Notes under the pieces: model-generated
Told to the model about the DNA's origin: nothing
Seen by the model: only the letters and a program-made list of their open reading frames with translations
The model's database searches: none
NCBI GenBank assembly: GCA_965219455.1
Contig: OZ244744.1
Span: 3,232,001 to 3,296,000 of the forward strand
Direction: 5' to 3'
From: Candidatus Latescibacterota bacterium
Lineage (GTDB): Bacteria; Latescibacterota; UBA2968; GCA-2709665
DNA: 64,000 nucleotides
Shown here: positions 20,605-31,433 of the stretch, in pieces
How the letters are laid out: each line of letters opens with the position of its first letter
Numbering within the stretch: the first letter of the stretch is position 1
Translations under genes and position numbers: made by a program

Positions 20605-21576
20605 CTACAGAATCTGGTTACGCAGTTCCGCCTCACCACGCCAAAGCCGTTCCAGGTTCTCCAACAGAATATCGATTGTATTCTCCTCGTACATCCGGGT
20701 CTGGCCCGCGGTGTGGGGCGTGATCACCACATTCTCCAGGTCCCAAAATGGCGAGTCCTCCGGCAGCGGCTCGTCCCACAAAACGTCGATCCCGGCGCCC
20801 TCAATCGACCCGCTGCGCACCGCTTCCAGCAGCGCCGGCTCATCAACGCACCTGCCCCGAGCCACATTGATCAGACACGAAGAGCTCTTCATCGCAGACA
20901 GGGCCTCCGCGTCGATAATTTTCTCCGTCTCCGGCGTCAGCGGACAGGTCAAGACGACGTAGTCCGCCTGCGGCAGCAGGTCCCGCAGCCGGTCCGGCGT
21001 ATGCACTTCGTCCGCCGGTCCCAGGGCGGTCGCCGGGTTGCGCTTCGTGGCGAGGACACGCATATCAAATGCCTTGGCCAGCGCTGCCAGCCTGGAGCCG
21101 ATACCTCCCATCCCCACGATCAGCATCGTCTTTCCACCCAGTTCGTCCTCTCGCCGCGACAGGTCCGAGATCATCCCGCGCCAATGGCGCCGGCGCTGGT
21201 TGTCCCGTCCGGTGTGGATGTGTCGGGCAAACGCCAGAATAAGCGCCATCGCGTGCTCACTCACGGCATTCGTGTTCACGCCCTGAGAACTGGTAAGCCG
21301 GATGCCCCGTGTCCTCAACTCATCCAATGGAAACACGTCGTACCCCGCGCCGATTGATTGGATCAACCGGAGCCGCGGCGCGAGGTCGAGCAGACCGTTG
21401 CGCCAGAATCCGTAACCCACGAACACGACAACCTCTCCGATTCGCTCGGTTACCTCATCCGGCGTCCACGCCTGGTAGTGGCTGATACCGGATTCACGAT
21501 TCTCAAACCTGGCCGCCATCTGATAGGTACCGGCAAAACAGATGGTGACCTTATCTTTTGACGGAAAATCACGCAA
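20605..21576 (-). CDS. D-2-hydroxyacid dehydrogenase
   Basis: GMGGIG, CPLTPET, INVARG, DV..EP, ITPHTAG; probable TTG start after AGGAG. Confidence 0.92.
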   Translation of the reverse strand: MRDFPSKDKVTICFAGTYQMAARFENRESGISHYQAWTPDEVTERIGEVVVFVGYGFWRNGLLDLAPRLRLIQSIGAGYDVFPLDELRTRGIRLTSSQGVNTNAVSEHAMALILAFARHIHTGRDNQRRRHWRGMISDLSRREDELGGKTMLIVGMGGIGSRLAALAKAFDMRVLATKRNPATALGPADEVHTPDRLRDLLPQADYVVLTCPLTPETEKIIDAEALSAMKSSSCLINVARGRCVDEPALLEAVRSGSIEGAGIDVLWDEPLPEDSPFWDLENVVITPHTAGQTRMYEENTIDILLENLERLWRGEAELRNQIL

Positions 21577-22486
21577 CTTTGTCTTCTCCTGAAAGAACCG
21601 AGGAGACTTTACTCGGAGTTCCCACATCGCCGGGAGTAACCTTACTCGACTCGAGGACGGTCTGAATTTCATAAATGGACCCACGACGCTCGGCAGGGGG
21701 TAGCGGTACCCGGACGGGAACGTCGACCAGTCGGGGTTCGCGGGTCGGTTCACCGCGGAGAATTTTGCCGTTGAACTCCTCCCAGCTATTTATGGGCTGA
21801 ACCAGCGGCCAGGCATCTACCGCACAATACATACAGAGGAGGAGACGGCGAGGCTTGCCGGACGTATTCGGGGCGGAGCCATGCAGCATTCGGACGTGGT
21901 GGATGGAGATGCCGCCGGCATTGAGTTCGATCGGTACGGCGCGTTCGCCGGTGAAATCCGGTTCGGTGACCGCGCCGGCAAAGTGGCCGTTGAGGTGGTG
22001 GTCGTAGATGCGCCCCCTGTGAGATCCGGGAATGACCAACAGGCAGCCGTTTTCCCTGGTCATGTCGTCTATGGCGACGCCAACGGCGAGAAGATCGTCG
22101 TTGGTGTGGGGGTAGAACGCCCAGTCCTGATGCCATTCCACCGGGCTGCCCACCTCGGCGGATTTCATATTGAGCTTATCCCCGTTTGTCCGGATGTCCG
22201 GTCCGATGAGTTGCGCGGTGATGTCGAGGATCTTTTCGTGGCGCAGGCCCCGGGCGTACACGTCGTGCTGCCTGGACGGGTCGATGAGACGGCGCAACTG
22301 CGGGTTTTCAGGCGTATGGCCCGGTTCCAGGTCGAATACGGCGTCGGTTCTGGTGACCTGTCGAGACGCGTCAACGAACGCGTCCGTGACCCGGCGAAGT
22401 TCTCCGATCTCCGCTTGTGAGAGAACGTTCTCAAGTCCCAGATAGCCGTTGGCCCGGTAGAAGTCGATCTGTTTCTGAGTCAGCAT
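21569..22486 (-). CDS. Phytanoyl-CoA dioxygenase (PhyH) family Fe/2OG enzyme
   Basis: WHQD, NGCL.VIPGSH, LHGSAPN.S..PRR. Confidence 0.9.
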   Translation of the reverse strand: MLTQKQIDFYRANGYLGLENVLSQAEIGELRRVTDAFVDASRQVTRTDAVFDLEPGHTPENPQLRRLIDPSRQHDVYARGLRHEKILDITAQLIGPDIRTNGDKLNMKSAEVGSPVEWHQDWAFYPHTNDDLLAVGVAIDDMTRENGCLLVIPGSHRGRIYDHHLNGHFAGAVTEPDFTGERAVPIELNAGGISIHHVRMLHGSAPNTSGKPRRLLLCMYCAVDAWPLVQPINSWEEFNGKILRGEPTREPRLVDVPVRVPLPPAERRGSIYEIQTVLESSKVTPGDVGTPSKVSSVLSGEDKVA

Positions 22487-22543
22487 GATTAGGACTCCTT
22501 TTGAATGAAGTGATCCGTTGATTATCAGGCAAGTTGTCGTGCA

Positions 22544-24553
22544 TTACAGCAGGGACATGTTTCCCACCTTTCCGGTGGCAAAGTCGATCAGGCTCCACGT
22601 GCCCAGACAGACCGCCTCACCCAGGATGATCCCGATGAAGAACGGCCTGGTTCTCCTGTACAAAGCCGCCCCGCCGAACTTCATCACCAGCGCCTTGATC
22701 CCCCACGCCAGAAAAACGCTGAAATAATAGTGCTCGGTCATCCAGATCGTACAGACCGGCAGGGCTACCGGGTGAAGGGGCCACCAGGGCAGCCGCATTC
22801 GGAGGACCATCAGAAGGGCGGCAACGCCCAGACCCAATCCGGTATATAGAAATCCTCTATAGAAGATCGGGCTCGGATCCAGCAGACGGCGTCCCACGTA
22901 TTCGTCGAACGGCAGGGCGGCGTCATTTACGTCGCGGAACCAGTAGTCGAGGTTTCGTCCCCCGTGCGCGTACCCGAGATCCAGAGTCGTATGGCTGGCG
23001 ACAACCAGGCCCACGGCCAGGGCCGCCCCCATCGCCCAGATCAGGCCCCGCGTCCTTCCCATTTCCCGAGCCAACCTGAGCGCCGCGGAAGCACGGGGCA
23101 TGATCGTATTCAGCCGGGTCATCGTCCAGAAGTAACTGAGCCCCGTGGTAACCAGACCCGTGGGACCGAACGCTGAAGAACCGACCGCACAGACCACGAA
23201 CTCCGACGGATTCAGCGGAGAGTAGGTTGCGGCATAGCCTGTCTCGCTCACGATCCGTGCGAGGACGAGAAATACGACAAAGCAGGCGACAAACAGGAAT
23301 GCGATGACAGGCGGCGACAGGCCCGCCTGGTAGAGCCAGCATCCCAGATACAGCGCGCCCAACAGCACGCACGCCACCGCAGTCCGGTAGGGGACCACCT
23401 CCTCCGAATCGTCCAGACCCGACGCGCGGCCCATAGTCTTTGCCCAAACAGCCTTCAAATGGCTCCGTGCAATCCACAGGCTGTACCCGGCCAGGGCTAT
23501 CATATATCCCATGCCCATAAACGCCAGGAATTCCGACCCCTGCGAGCTGTGCCGTCCCACCATCCCCGATACGCCGTATCGATCCGCCCCCAGCATTGCC
23601 ATCGCGCCGTTTATGCACTTCGCAATTACATTCAGGAGCCAGATGCTGAGACTCACGTCCAGATTCACGAAATAGGCATATCCGAAGAGGGCGAAGTTAA
23701 GGCGTATTGACAGTGGAATCGCCCGTCTGAAAATCCAGATCACCGCCCGCAAGCTCATCCGGGGAAGTGTGTGGAAGCGGCTGTGAAGCGCATTTATCGA
23801 ACCGACGGAAAACGGTATCGCAAATCCCGACCACATCATACGGCCGCGGAACAGCGGTCCTATCACACCTTCTCCGCGTTCGCCCATCGCCATGGGTACC
23901 TGGATGATCGGAAAGGCGAATCGCTCGTGTTCCTCCCATTGTTTTCTGAGCACCACCGCCAGGCAACCCAGTACCAGAAACAGCGCGACCAGAAAAGACC
24001 CCCAACTCCACAGGGGAACCACCCACGCCCACCAGGGAACCGATCCTCCTTTCGGCAATCCTTCGTACAGCCCTCTCACCGCCTCGACGTCCAGGACCGC
24101 CAGCCACGGATGTGAATAGGGGAGTACCGCCTCCAGGTGCCGCATTTCCGGCGAAGCGTAGTAGGTCACGCCGGTCATGAATCCAAGCAACGCCTTGGAC
24201 ATGGCCCACGCCGGCATCAGGAGCAGCATCATTGCATAGATGGCCAGCAACTCGCCCCGGCCCAGGGCGTAACGGCGTTTCAGCAGGCCCAACAAGGGAT
24301 TGAGAAGTACAACCACACAGAAAAAGAGGAACAGCACGCCCCGGTCCAGGAAGTACCAGCCCATAAACGGCCCCTGGACCACCATCCGGTTGTAGGTCAG
24401 CCAGACCCCCAGAAAGGCGCACAGCCCGAGTCCGATCAGGAACGCCCGGAGCGATAGCCCGTCTCTGGCCTTCATCCGGCTATCCGACATGTCCAGTCCG
24501 GCTGTCTGAGCCATTCGTTCGACATCTCCGGATTGTGTTGGGTAAGCGCTCAA
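22544..24553 (-). CDS. DUF6785/DUF6784-type multi-TM protein, copy 2
   Basis: Same motif set as copy 1; exact start uncertain. Confidence 0.8.
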   Translation of the reverse strand: MSAYPTQSGDVERMAQTAGLDMSDSRMKARDGLSLRAFLIGLGLCAFLGVWLTYNRMVVQGPFMGWYFLDRGVLFLFFCVVVLLNPLLGLLKRRYALGRGELLAIYAMMLLLMPAWAMSKALLGFMTGVTYYASPEMRHLEAVLPYSHPWLAVLDVEAVRGLYEGLPKGGSVPWWAWVVPLWSWGSFLVALFLVLGCLAVVLRKQWEEHERFAFPIIQVPMAMGERGEGVIGPLFRGRMMWSGFAIPFSVGSINALHSRFHTLPRMSLRAVIWIFRRAIPLSIRLNFALFGYAYFVNLDVSLSIWLLNVIAKCINGAMAMLGADRYGVSGMVGRHSSQGSEFLAFMGMGYMIALAGYSLWIARSHLKAVWAKTMGRASGLDDSEEVVPYRTAVACVLLGALYLGCWLYQAGLSPPVIAFLFVACFVVFLVLARIVSETGYAATYSPLNPSEFVVCAVGSSAFGPTGLVTTGLSYFWTMTRLNTIMPRASAALRLAREMGRTRGLIWAMGAALAVGLVVASHTTLDLGYAHGGRNLDYWFRDVNDAALPFDEYVGRRLLDPSPIFYRGFLYTGLGLGVAALLMVLRMRLPWWPLHPVALPVCTIWMTEHYYFSVFLAWGIKALVMKFGGAALYRRTRPFFIGIILGEAVCLGTWSLIDFATGKVGNMSLL

Positions 24554-26571
24554 CTCTCGATTTGCATATGAATTGCCAGGAGATCACAATCCCCCGGAAT
24601 GTCCAGCGGAATGCGCATCGCGTCTTCTTCGGCCAACGTCAGGCGGTCGCTCCAGTCCTCACCGGACCAGAGTTCGCGGACGTTCCGCACGGTCTGCCCT
24701 TCCGGAAGGCTGATTTCCAGGGACGTCCGGCATCTCACCGGCGTATACGGGAAAAGGACCGCCAGCAGGGAACCGGTGTCCCCGACCATGGGCAACAGTT
24801 CGATGGTGGGCACGGCGCGCCGGTCTGACGGCCGCAACGTTCGGTAGTCGTCCACGGGAGGGAAGGGGTCCAGCCGCGCCAACGGCCTGCGGCCCGCGAT
24901 CCAGAGGATCAGCCTGCGCAGCAGTTCCACGTTGGACGTCTCCTCGAGCGAAGACTTGCCGGGTACGGTCCCCGTGTAGTTTACAGCCGGCATGCCCGCA
25001 AGCCAGGCCTCCCGCCGCTCCCCATCCTCCGTGAGCACGAGTGCCGGCCGGCCATCCACCGTCCCCAACACCTGTCCGTCCGGACAAGGACCATTTACGC
25101 GGGTACTGAGGATCACCGGGTGCTCCAGGCCGTCTGTCAGTGGATGATCGCCCTGAAGGTCGAGTTCAAAGACCCCCGACTCAATCGCGCAAGGCAGCTT
25201 GCATGGGCCGCTGCCTGCCCACGGGGTGGCCGGCCTGTTGCCGATCCAGAGGAGCCCTTCTCCGCGTTCGGCAACCGCGTTGACACAATCGAGTTGGAAT
25301 TGCGTGAGGCAATGCACCTCGGGCAGGATCACCGGTCCCTTCAGCTGGTCGCCCACGTCGTCCAGGCGCTGATCCCAGAACCAACGCCACGGCAGGCCGG
25401 TCCGGTAGACCATATCGACCATCGGAACCAAGCCTTGATGCCCCCAGTTCGAATCGTAGTGGCCGGTGATCTCGGATTGCTGGGGCATCATCATTGTGGC
25501 GAAGCTGTAAGGTCGGTGGGACGCGAACATCGGAAGGAGTCGCCGGGACTCATCGAACGCCTCGAAAAAACCCGGGATGATCTTCATCTGCTCGTACGTA
25601 AACGGCATCACCAGGTCTGCTCCGAGCGCAAACGGCACCACGCCGGCAAGCAGACCGTCCTGCCTGCCCATCGGCACGGCCTGGGCTGGCGGCATGAAGC
25701 CCTGTGGATAGATATCCACCTGCCGATCCATGCATGCGCCCATCAGGCTTCTCGTCGTCTCCGAAAGGATCCTGCGGTGAGGCCGGTGCAGGATGAGGTC
25801 GTCGTGATTGAAATGATAGGGATCCGTGGCGATAACATCCTGTGAACGGGCATCCCGGGCAAGGCAGACGGCCGTCTGCCAGGCATTGTAAGTCCGCTCA
25901 GGCCTGGCGGGACTGTGCTGTATCCCCACGGCGACGTCCGGCCGGACATCCTTGATTGCCCGCCGAAATTCCGAGTGTACCGCCTCCCAATTGTCGAACC
26001 GGAATTCCAGCCACGCGTACCACAGAGGGTCGTCCCAATCCGCCGACCTCGGCGGATCGGATCCCGTGCGCTCCCGGAATCCAGCCTGGCAGAATTCGCA
26101 GTAACAGCCGATTGTTCCGTCTCGGAATCCAAGACACGCCTCGTCGTTGAGGTGGATCTCCCGCGTCGCCCGCCACTTGCATATCTCCATCAGCAGGGAC
26201 AGGTAGTGGGTTTTGTTCTCGGGGCGAAAAGGGCACATCCACCGGACCCGCAATCCGTCCAGATCCAGTACTTCTCCATCGCCGACCATTTGCATCAGCC
26301 GGTGGGGTTCTTCCGCCACGAGGTGTTCGTTATACTTCATATACCCGGTAAAGGCGATCATGCCCAGGCCCCGTTCCTCGCACATCCGGGCAAGCCTCTC
26401 CGACTGCTCCAACGAAAAGCCCTGTTGTTTTATCGCCGGCGTGACCGCAACGCCTGCGCCCACGTCGGTGAACCCTTCATCGACAATCCGGTCGAGCGTC
26501 GCCTCGTTCAGCACGGCATCCGGAAAAAGCAGCAGTGCCGACCGGCGGAGCGTTCGGTTCTGGTCTGGCAT
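24550..26571 (-). CDS. Uncharacterised glycoside-hydrolase-like protein (GH42-like barrel plus trimerisation-like domain)
   Basis: CPF, LNDEA, GCYCEFC cluster; paralog of 36759-38855. Confidence 0.55.
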   Translation of the reverse strand: MPDQNRTLRRSALLLFPDAVLNEATLDRIVDEGFTDVGAGVAVTPAIKQQGFSLEQSERLARMCEERGLGMIAFTGYMKYNEHLVAEEPHRLMQMVGDGEVLDLDGLRVRWMCPFRPENKTHYLSLLMEICKWRATREIHLNDEACLGFRDGTIGCYCEFCQAGFRERTGSDPPRSADWDDPLWYAWLEFRFDNWEAVHSEFRRAIKDVRPDVAVGIQHSPARPERTYNAWQTAVCLARDARSQDVIATDPYHFNHDDLILHRPHRRILSETTRSLMGACMDRQVDIYPQGFMPPAQAVPMGRQDGLLAGVVPFALGADLVMPFTYEQMKIIPGFFEAFDESRRLLPMFASHRPYSFATMMMPQQSEITGHYDSNWGHQGLVPMVDMVYRTGLPWRWFWDQRLDDVGDQLKGPVILPEVHCLTQFQLDCVNAVAERGEGLLWIGNRPATPWAGSGPCKLPCAIESGVFELDLQGDHPLTDGLEHPVILSTRVNGPCPDGQVLGTVDGRPALVLTEDGERREAWLAGMPAVNYTGTVPGKSSLEETSNVELLRRLILWIAGRRPLARLDPFPPVDDYRTLRPSDRRAVPTIELLPMVGDTGSLLAVLFPYTPVRCRTSLEISLPEGQTVRNVRELWSGEDWSDRLTLAEEDAMRIPLDIPGDCDLLAIHMQIES

Positions 26572-26652
26572 TACGTTCTCCCTCTCCTGTATACCTTGAT
26601 GATGAACCATCGGCCCTTGTCTTGCTTAATCAGCGTCCATCCCGGGGGCAAC

Positions 26653-28668
26653 TCACGATGAATTCCAGTAGCCCATAAACGGCCAGGTTTTGAGTCGCCC
26701 CGTAAAGGCGCTCACCACCGACCATCCCCCCGAGCACATGACTTCGCCGAGAATCATCCCGATAAAAAACGGACGCGCCTTCCGGTAGAGGTCCGCCCCG
26801 CCCACCCTCAGGATAACCGCCTTGATCCCCCACGCCAGAAACACGCTGAATCCGAACCAGTCCATGTACCATACCGTGCTCAGCGGAAGCGCGGCCGGAT
26901 GAAACGGCCACCAGGGCAGGCGCATCCGAAGCAGAATCAGGACAGCGGCAACCGCGGTGCCCAACGCCGTATAGAGAAAACCCATTTTGAAGACGGGGCT
27001 GGGTTCGAGAAGGCGCCGTCCGATAAACTCGTCGAATGGAGACGCGGCGTCGTTGACGTTGCTGAACCATGGGTAGTCGATGTTCACGCCCCCGTGCGTG
27101 TACCCAAGATTCAACGTCGTGAATCCCGTTGCCACCAACCCCAGGGCCAGCGCCGCCCCCATTGCCCAGACCAGTCCCCGCTTCCTTCCGATTTCACGCG
27201 CCAGCCGCAGGGCGCCCAGAGCGTGCGGCATCAGTGTGTTTCTGCGCGTCATCGTCCAAATGTAGCTGATTCCCAGGGTCGCCAGGCCCGCCGGACTGAA
27301 CGCCGAGGATCCCACCGCGCACACCACGAACTCAGACGGATTGATGGGTGAATACGTCGCAACAAAACCCGTCTCACTCACAATCCGGGCCATCACGAAA
27401 AAGACAGTGAGGCTGGAAACAAGCAGAAACACAACCAGCGGCGGCGCAATCCCCGACTGGTAGAGCCACAATCCGAGGTAGCTCACGCCCAGAACGATGC
27501 CCAGCACCGCCGTCCGGTACGGGATGATCTCATCCGAGTCCTTCAGGTGCGACGATCCGCCGCGGATCTTTGTCCACACGTGCCGCAGGTGGCCCCTGGC
27601 AACGTAAAGGCTGTACGCTGCCAGGGCCAGGATATACCCCATCCCCATCATCGCCAGGAACTCGGACCCTTGAGAACTGTAACGTCCCACGACCCCCGAC
27701 ACCCCCCAGGTCTGGCCCGCGCCAACCATCGCCAGCGCTCCCCGTACAACCTTGGTAATCAGGTTGATGACCCACAGGCTGAAACTTACGTCCAAATTGA
27801 TGAAATAGGAATACCCGAGCACGAGGAAATGGATTTTGAAAGGCAGAACCATCGTGCGCCGGAAGATCCGAACGTGTGTTCCCAGGTTGATAATTGGAAT
27901 ATTGGGAAAGTAATACCGCAGCCCCCGGAGCACGCCGACCAGAGCCGGAATCCCGAACCCGGCGGCCAGCAACCGGCTGCGGAACACAGGCGCAAGCCGG
28001 CCCTTTCCGGGCTCCAGCATCGCAAGCGGGACCTGCATCAGGGGAAACGCAAACCGCTCGTGCTCCTCCCATTGCCTCCGCATCAGCACGCCGATGCAAA
28101 CCAGTACGACGAAGAGTACGATCAGGAACGAGCCCCAGCTCCACAGCGGAAGAACCCAACCCAGCCACGGAATCGAACCCCCCTTCGGCAGGCCTTCGTA
28201 GAGATCCTTGACTGTCCCTTCCCCCTGCGGCACCAGCCACGGGAGCAGGTGAGGAGGCACGGCCTCGATATGACGCAACTCAGGCGTCGCGTGGTAGATC
28301 GTGCCGGTCGTATAGAGAATCACCGGCTTGGTCATCACCCAGGCGGGCAGGAGAATGAGAAACATGGTGTAAATGGCAAGTAGTTCGCCGCGCGAGAGGA
28401 CAAACCGCTTTTTGATCACGCCCAGCAACGGATTTGCGGCCACGACCAGGAGGAACAAGACGAACAGCGCGCCTCGGTCCATGTAATACCCGCCGCCCAG
28501 AAAGGAACCCTGGGTGATCATCCGGTTGTAGGTCAGGCCCAGGCACATCAGACCGCACAGAACGAGGCCGATTCCGAACGCTCGGGGCGTCAGACCGTCT
28601 CGCGCGGCAGTTTCGTTGCCAGGCGCCGGAATCGGAGGTTTCCGCTCTCTCGCCGGTGCGGTACCCAA
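26653..28668 (-). CDS. DUF6785/DUF6784-type multi-TM protein, copy 3
   Basis: Same motif set as copies 1 and 2. Confidence 0.8.
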   Translation of the reverse strand: MGTAPARERKPPIPAPGNETAARDGLTPRAFGIGLVLCGLMCLGLTYNRMITQGSFLGGGYYMDRGALFVLFLLVVAANPLLGVIKKRFVLSRGELLAIYTMFLILLPAWVMTKPVILYTTGTIYHATPELRHIEAVPPHLLPWLVPQGEGTVKDLYEGLPKGGSIPWLGWVLPLWSWGSFLIVLFVVLVCIGVLMRRQWEEHERFAFPLMQVPLAMLEPGKGRLAPVFRSRLLAAGFGIPALVGVLRGLRYYFPNIPIINLGTHVRIFRRTMVLPFKIHFLVLGYSYFINLDVSFSLWVINLITKVVRGALAMVGAGQTWGVSGVVGRYSSQGSEFLAMMGMGYILALAAYSLYVARGHLRHVWTKIRGGSSHLKDSDEIIPYRTAVLGIVLGVSYLGLWLYQSGIAPPLVVFLLVSSLTVFFVMARIVSETGFVATYSPINPSEFVVCAVGSSAFSPAGLATLGISYIWTMTRRNTLMPHALGALRLAREIGRKRGLVWAMGAALALGLVATGFTTLNLGYTHGGVNIDYPWFSNVNDAASPFDEFIGRRLLEPSPVFKMGFLYTALGTAVAAVLILLRMRLPWWPFHPAALPLSTVWYMDWFGFSVFLAWGIKAVILRVGGADLYRKARPFFIGMILGEVMCSGGWSVVSAFTGRLKTWPFMGYWNSS

Positions 28669-28707
28669 TGGTGAAATCCTCTACGGAAGAAGAATCGGCG
28701 TTATGAT

Positions 28708-29502
28708 TTATGTACTCGCTGGACTCATGGCGCCCTCTCCGAAAATGATGGAATACGCGTTCCCCCTGTCGGATTTTGTGGCGGCGTCCATGTAACATAC
28801 GCTGAACCCACGTCGGGAGGCGTCGGTCCGGTTCACGCCCGAACCGTGGAGCAGCCAGTTATGTAACAAGGCAGCTTCCCCCGCCTCCATTTCCAGGTAT
28901 TCATGCGCTTCCCTTTCCAGAACGGCAGTGGCCTGCTCGTCGGTCAGAAAGGCGAAGCTGGCGGAATCGTCCTGGTCGAAGGTGCCCCGGTGGGATCCGG
29001 GCACGATCCCGACGCAGCCGTTTTCAACCGACACCCGATCCAGCGCCGTCCACACGGTCGCGATCGGATCGGTGTCGAGGAGGCTGAACCGGTCCTGGTG
29101 CCAGGGAAGGTTTGTACCCTTCCCCGCCGGCTTGTTCATAAACATCGCCCGATAGCACGAAATCGGCGTCTCGGGACCGTACGCCCTCGCGCAGATCTCA
29201 CGAAACAGGGGTTTCTGCATGTAGGACAGGAACAGCGGATCGAACTCCAGGTCCTGGATCTTCCGATAGTTCAACGTTGAGACCTGGTGCCCTTTCGTTG
29301 TGATCCGCTTCTCCGAGTAGTCGCCCGTCTGGCTGTCCAGTTGCATGTACATCTGATCGTACACTTTCACGTTGCCCAGCATGATGTCGTCGATGCGCTG
29401 TTGTAAGCCCACGAGTTCGTCATCGTCCATCACCATTCCAAGGCGAACATACCCTTCTTTCTCGAACCGCGCCCACTGTTCGTCACTGATATACGCAGGC
29501 AT
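28708..29502 (-). CDS. Phytanoyl-CoA dioxygenase (PhyH) family enzyme
   Basis: PWHQD, VWTALD...ENGC..IVPGSH, LLHGSG.N. Confidence 0.9.
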   Translation of the reverse strand: MPAYISDEQWARFEKEGYVRLGMVMDDDELVGLQQRIDDIMLGNVKVYDQMYMQLDSQTGDYSEKRITTKGHQVSTLNYRKIQDLEFDPLFLSYMQKPLFREICARAYGPETPISCYRAMFMNKPAGKGTNLPWHQDRFSLLDTDPIATVWTALDRVSVENGCVGIVPGSHRGTFDQDDSASFAFLTDEQATAVLEREAHEYLEMEAGEAALLHNWLLHGSGVNRTDASRRGFSVCYMDAATKSDRGNAYSIIFGEGAMSPAST

Positions 29503-29582
29503 ACCGAGTCCTCCTGTGGTACAGAAATCAAGCGTTTGGGACGGGGATCAACCCGTTTGTCGATTGGCCGGCATCCTGTTTT

Positions 29583-30743
29583 CTACTGATCCACAACCGA
29601 TCCGTCCACGTGGAGTCTGGTGACCATCATTCCTTCGTCCAGCAGGGGCCGGTGCGAGAGGAACGGGTATTTCTCCATTGCGTCTTCCACGAGTTCCACG
29701 CCGATGCCGGGCGCATCCGGGATGATCAGAAATCCGTCCTCAAGCGTGAGAACCCCGGACACGATTTCGCTCTTGGGTGGATCGCCTTCACCCCTGGGGT
29801 ACTCCTGCAATGCGAAATTGGGAATGCACGCCGCAAGCTGAACGCAGGCGGCCGTGCTCACCGGGCTGAGCGGATTATGCGGCACCACGTCCACGTAGTG
29901 CGCCTCGGCGAGGGCCGCGATCTTCTTGCAATGCGTGATCCCGCCAGCCATGCAGACATCAGGCCTCACGTACTGTACCGCGTTCCGCGTCAGGAGCATT
30001 TCGAATTCGTAGATCGTGTGAATTCGTTCCCCCGTGGCAATCGGGACCGCGATCTTCTGCGCCACTTCGGCCATGGCGTCAAGATTGTCGGGACGGATTG
30101 GATCCTCAAAGAAAAACGGGTGATAGGGTTCAATACCCCTGCCCAGGACAATCGCCTCGGCCGGGTCCAGCCGACGGTGTATCTCGATACACAGGTCCAC
30201 GTCGTCACCGACCGCCTCGCGGTAGGCCGCCACTGTCTGAATCGCATCCTGAATCTTGTCCGCGTGGGTTTTGAAATACGGGACGTTTCGCGACTCATCC
30301 AGAAATGGCGTCAGGTGTCCCACGGCCGTAAATCCGTCCTCCTTAGCCTGCACACAGCCCCTCAGCAACTCCTCCTTTGTGCTCCCGATCACGTGCCCGT
30401 AGACGCGGGCTTTATCCCGGCACTTGCCGCCCAATAGCTGGTAGGCAGGCACGCCGAAAAACTTGCCCGCGATATCCCAGAGGGCGATATCAATTGCGCT
30501 CAACGCTCCCATTATCGCCGCACCGCGAAAATGCGTGCACCGGTACAGAACCTGCCAGTGGTGTTCGATGCGCAGAGGGTCCTGCCCGATCAGATATTCC
30601 CTGAAGCTCTTCACCACCTCTCCCGAGGCCTCCAGGTATCCCCACGCGCCCGATTCACCCAGGCCCACGATTCCCTCGTCGGTATGGACCTGGACAAAGA
30701 GATACCGATCGATTGGCAGGACCTTCACGTCGGTTATTTTCAT
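29583..30743 (-). CDS. Galactonate dehydratase-like mandelate racemase/enolase family protein
   Basis: SAIDIALWDIAGK, FEDP, IATGER, VPHNP; DgoD-like N-terminus. Confidence 0.88.
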   Translation of the reverse strand: MKITDVKVLPIDRYLFVQVHTDEGIVGLGESGAWGYLEASGEVVKSFREYLIGQDPLRIEHHWQVLYRCTHFRGAAIMGALSAIDIALWDIAGKFFGVPAYQLLGGKCRDKARVYGHVIGSTKEELLRGCVQAKEDGFTAVGHLTPFLDESRNVPYFKTHADKIQDAIQTVAAYREAVGDDVDLCIEIHRRLDPAEAIVLGRGIEPYHPFFFEDPIRPDNLDAMAEVAQKIAVPIATGERIHTIYEFEMLLTRNAVQYVRPDVCMAGGITHCKKIAALAEAHYVDVVPHNPLSPVSTAACVQLAACIPNFALQEYPRGEGDPPKSEIVSGVLTLEDGFLIIPDAPGIGVELVEDAMEKYPFLSHRPLLDEGMMVTRLHVDGSVVDQ

Positions 30744-30822
30744 GCGCCTTTCTCCTTTCATCGCTGCCTATCGCCAAATGGCGGCCGCCCGCGCCCAACA
30801 AGAGCATGGGATTGGACGAACC

Positions 30823-30851
30823 TTGCATTTCAACGTGCAATAGACTATACT
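30823..30851 (+). promoter_or_regulatory. Putative sigma70 promoter facing the HipA/HIRAN locus
   Basis: TTGCAT-17 nt-TATACT, with an overlapping TTGCA-N8-TGCAA palindrome. Confidence 0.4.
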
Positions 30852-31096
30852 TGAAACGGGCGGGATGTTGTGTCACAGTCAGAAAACATGCAGGAAACTC
30901 GCGACACCGATCTTTGTGGTTCGCGGTGCTGGCTATCGGGATTTTGGACGTTAGGTAGAGTGGCTTCTCAAAATGTGATTGGACCGTCTGACACCGGGGT
31001 GCATTGGGGAGATTTTGTCAGGCGTAAGGTAATCTTATGGCGTCCAAAGAGCAACACGATTGACAACGCGCACCGCTATTGATTTTGTCTGGGATG

Positions 31097-31411
31097 GTGC
31101 GGTCATGACTGTCCGATTCGACTGCACAATAGAACAAGAGTGAGCTTGGCGCGGTAAACCCCATTTATACCAGTCCGAGCATCCGGAAGTTTCAATGATT
31201 CAGCGAGTGTAATTTAGTCAAGGGATCGCAATTACGAGGCGATTGAACCTGTCAGTCTCGTTGTAAGAGTTCGCGACATCGACTAAAACAAACCGAACAG
31301 CCATTGACGATTCGCTGCAACCTGTGTTTGATTACCGGCGTCAGAAATACTGTACATTGACTTCGGCGTTCGTAATCACGACATTCGATTCCGTCGTACT
31401 GTGCTCAAATG
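31097..31411 (+). ncRNA. Candidate structured ncRNA or 5' leader upstream of the HipA-like kinase
   Basis: Mutually compatible nested helices found by eye (listed in findings); no convincing ORF. Confidence 0.5.
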
Positions 31412-31433
31412 TGTAGGCAGATCCAATTGTCAG

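Noticed and set aside
31213-31287. Retron msd or integron attC
   Set aside because: No reverse transcriptase or integron integrase in the window, no clear a1/a2 repeats or RYYYAAC/GTTRRRY ends; kept only as part of the ncRNA candidate.
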